From contig QPGO01000086.1 in the NCBI GenBank assembly GCA_008632985.1, positions 310,001 to 345,247 of the forward strand: a stretch of 35,247 nucleotides of DNA. Direction: 5' to 3'. Under the pieces are notes generated by a model that saw nothing but the letters and a program-made list of their open reading frames with translations, was not told the DNA's origin and did no database searches. This document shows positions 32,495-35,247 of the stretch, in pieces. The stretch's first letter is position 1; every line of letters starts with the position of its first letter. The DNA is from Psammoneis japonica (lineage: Eukaryota). A program made the translations under genes and the position numbers.

Positions 32495-33148
32495 CTACCT
32501 CCAGCCGCCGACCACTTTTGTAGCTTTTGCTGGTTGCATTTTCTTGTTCAACAGCACCTGCCCCTGCGTTCCTGAATTTTCAGCAAGTTTGTCGTTGTCC
32601 AGCAATTTCAGCTTAGATGGCATATCTACTGTGTAACCGGCCTTTTCGTAAAAGCGCTGCGCCGCGACGTTTGTATCCTCCACGTGCAAAAGCAAGTACT
32701 TCACACCTTGCTGACTGGCATTTTTCTCCATGGCATCCATAAGGGCTCGAGCAACGCCTTTGCGACGATGCTCTTGAGCCGTCACGACATCCGTTACATA
32801 GAGCGCCAAGTTTTTTGATGCTAGGGCCCCTTGTAGCTCCAATGCACTGAGTTCAGCAGCACCCACGGTTACCCTTCCCAGCTCAGCCAGAAACACCGTA
32901 GCATCAGCTTTTCGTTCCTCAACGAGTTCAGCGGTCGCTGCCCGAAACGCATCGCGGCTCGTGTCAAACTTGCCTGAAATCCATTCATCGTAACGTAAAT
33001 CCGCAAGCTTCATTACATCTAGCATGGAGGAAGCTTTCCTGACAGAAATCTGGGGAGGAGCGAGCCCATGGGCAACACAGCAGTGGCTTGCGAGAAGAAG
33101 TAATGATCCGCGACCAAAAAGACGCAACAAGCGCCACATAACAGCCAT
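32495..33148 (-). CDS. GNAT-family N-acetyltransferase, probably plastid- or secretory-targeted
   Basis: Acetyl-CoA motif A 'VVTAQEHRRKGVARALM' and motif B 'LHVEDTNVAAQRFYEKAGY'. N-terminal hydrophobic signal ending AHG-LAPP. Confidence 0.9.
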   Translation of the reverse strand: MAVMWRLLRLFGRGSLLLLASHCCVAHGLAPPQISVRKASSMLDVMKLADLRYDEWISGKFDTSRDAFRAATAELVEERKADATVFLAELGRVTVGAAELSALELQGALASKNLALYVTDVVTAQEHRRKGVARALMDAMEKNASQQGVKYLLLHVEDTNVAAQRFYEKAGYTVDMPSKLKLLDNDKLAENSGTQGQVLLNKKMQPAKATKVVGGWR

Positions 33149-34004
33149 TATTCGAACAGAATCAGTCTCGTTTACGAGTATTCGATTGCAGGGCTAACGA
33201 CTGTCACGACAGAATACCATAATCATCGTCGATCGTCGACCGTCGATGATAGAATAGGCGCAATCGCTCTGCGCTGCGCGCGTCGAAGTGCGTGTTGCGT
33301 GTCTGAATGTTGCGACATGCGACATCTATCTCGACCGAGCATTTCGCACCCATGCTGGCTAGGCTGAATCCGCCTTTCTGGCGCCGCTGGTAGCAGAGCG
33401 GAAGCCATTCAAACCATTAACAATGCCTGCATTCCCCCTTACTAATTTAACGGTCTACACATGACGGCTCTTGCGATTATTTCGTTTTACTCTCTCCTTA
33501 TCCAAGAACCCACTCTTTCAAGTCGATGAGCCCCAGCTCTAATCCCATCCTTCGTACGCACCGCGGCACTCTATCACGAATTGTACATACAGTTCAATCG
33601 ATTGCAATGATGCGAGCGCCTCCGCTTCGTAGAGCAAGATTTCCTATTCCTCATGACATGGTTGAGTTTGCGAGTTGCGAGTTTTGCATTTCGCTCTCAC
33701 GAAGGTTTATAAGGCGCGAGCAAAAAAGCGGAAGAAACGCGTTGTCAGTCTTGTTTGGAGTCGCGACCATCCGCAATCAGGAAATTATATCATACGAGTA
33801 TGAGGACAAGTGGTATGCAAATCGGGAGTCACCAACGGACACGCTGCGAACAGCAAAATTTCAAAAGACCCGGGAAACGGGAAACGCTTACGAGTACTTA
33901 TGTTGAGCATCGAGCACACAACTAAACATCACAACACCATAATTGTCACCCAACGGCAGAATCGACTCGCCATTATCCCAAAGCCTTTCCATTTTTATCA
34001 AAGC

Positions 34005-34646
34005 ATGCCTCCAAGACAGATAGATTTCTTATCCGACGGTCCTTCGTACAAGGTTGTTCGATTTGCGGACGGTCCCTACGAGACACACATTGTCGACAGG
34101 AAAACGCCGGAGGATATCCTCAGGACGTGCTATTCTCGTCAAGATTACGCGTTCTTCCACCAGGAATGCCGAGACATTATACAGAGCGCACGAGAGAATA
34201 CACTGGACTACAACAGCTTCTGTATACGTGGGTTAGAGAGATTTATTCACTACAGCGGTTCAGAGACACGAAAGGTAGCTATTCGATTTGTGTTGGATGA
34301 GCAAGAGAGCCAACGAAAGCAAGGTATTCACGATCCGGCACAGTTAATGCTAGCTTCCATGGTAATTTCCAAGAATTCTAAAGCCATTGCCAAACAGTTG
34401 GCGGCGGTTGATGAAATTGCTGCCAGAGCCTCCGAAGAATGCTTGTATAATGTACCCCTGTCGAATGAAGAGGAGGATGACGACGATTGGCTGCATCCAG
34501 AGTCACTCGGTTTGTCTTGCACAACTTTGATTTCGGAAACACAAGGGGTACTGCCACAATACTCTTTCACATTACAAAGCAGTTGTGGTGCAGCTTCAGA
34601 ACCGCATGGTCAACTTCGCCCACGATGGCTTGACATTGATGACTAA
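34005..34646 (+). CDS. Diatom-type hypothetical protein (same RGLE family as 31280-31762)
   Basis: 'VVRFA...CYSRQDY...FCIRGLERF...VLDEQESQRKQGIHDP'. The ATG at 34005 lies within ORF 33810..34646. Confidence 0.7.
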   Translation: MPPRQIDFLSDGPSYKVVRFADGPYETHIVDRKTPEDILRTCYSRQDYAFFHQECRDIIQSARENTLDYNSFCIRGLERFIHYSGSETRKVAIRFVLDEQESQRKQGIHDPAQLMLASMVISKNSKAIAKQLAAVDEIAARASEECLYNVPLSNEEEDDDDWLHPESLGLSCTTLISETQGVLPQYSFTLQSSCGAASEPHGQLRPRWLDIDD

Positions 34647-34949
34647 AGCACTGGGAGCTATAGCATCAGGCATGGCTATTTTCACCGCATTACCACAAAA
34701 TCACAAAACGGGAGGCTTCTCTGCTCTCAAGAGAACTCAAGGCCTTTTGCACAGTTAGCCTCGCCACGTGTACGACTAAGCTATAAACATCAGTTTGAAA
34801 GTGAAACGCCGACCTTTGAGAAATGAGTGTCTCGAAACCATCATTCCACACAGTAACCGTTGTGGTCATGACTATTCTATCGTAGATGCGGCGTGAACAA
34901 ATCCAATTCCCTGTTCTTTTGAGTTAAACGATCACCTTTAGAGTGCCTT

Positions 34950-34990
34950 CTCCTCTCTCTCTATACTCTAGCTAGCTATTAGCTAGGAGA
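34950..34990. repeat. (CT)n plus CTAG-rich low-complexity tract
   Basis: CTCTCTCTCTATACTCTAGCTAGCTATTAGCTAGG. Confidence 0.75.
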
Positions 34991-35247
34991 AGGTACTACG
35001 CTATCCGTCGCCCATCGCTCATTTCACCTACCCTGCTGTGAAAAGGCACGTCCGGCAATCATCCGACCTCACTGGTCGCATTCAAACTCAAGATCTGCGA
35101 AAAGGAGATAAATCAACCTGTTCAACTCCTTGAGTTTCGAATGGCTGAATGGCATTTAATCCATTAGAGGCACCTGTTGCACCTGTGAAAGCTCTTGTTC
35201 ACATGTCCACAAGAAGAGGTTGTCAAAAACACGCAGTTGATGAAGTT

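Overview
Eukaryotic nuclear DNA, most likely from a pennate diatom. This is inferred from DUF6824-type proteins, short GT-AG introns, a bipartite plastid-type presequence and diatom-typical 'VRF...RGLE' proteins. The ordinary genes are two DUF6824-domain genes, a multi-exon MATE transporter, an intronless membrane fatty-acid desaturase, a CTL/SLC44 choline-transporter-like gene, a GCFC/PAXBP1-like gene, a GNAT acetyltransferase and two small hypothetical paralogues. The outstanding feature is two sharply bounded domains (~10,969-18,823 and ~20,939-23,529, possibly a third starting at ~35,030) in which TpA is almost completely erased and CpG is strongly depleted, with TpG/CpA in excess. By manual count only 12 and 1 TpA remain, nearly all in TTTA/TAAA. 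These domains hold a decayed CRE-like RLE non-LTR retrotransposon, a 3' fragment of a relative, a decayed ~1,200-codon unknown gene and an NSF/Sec18-like AAA+ ATPase pseudogene. Conserved motifs show both TA->CA/TG and CG->TG/CA changes (RT 'YIDD' now reads 'HIDN'). This points to a regional, context-specific TpA hypermutation system opposite in direction to fungal RIP, acting alongside CpG-methylation decay. All counts are by eye and no database search was run.
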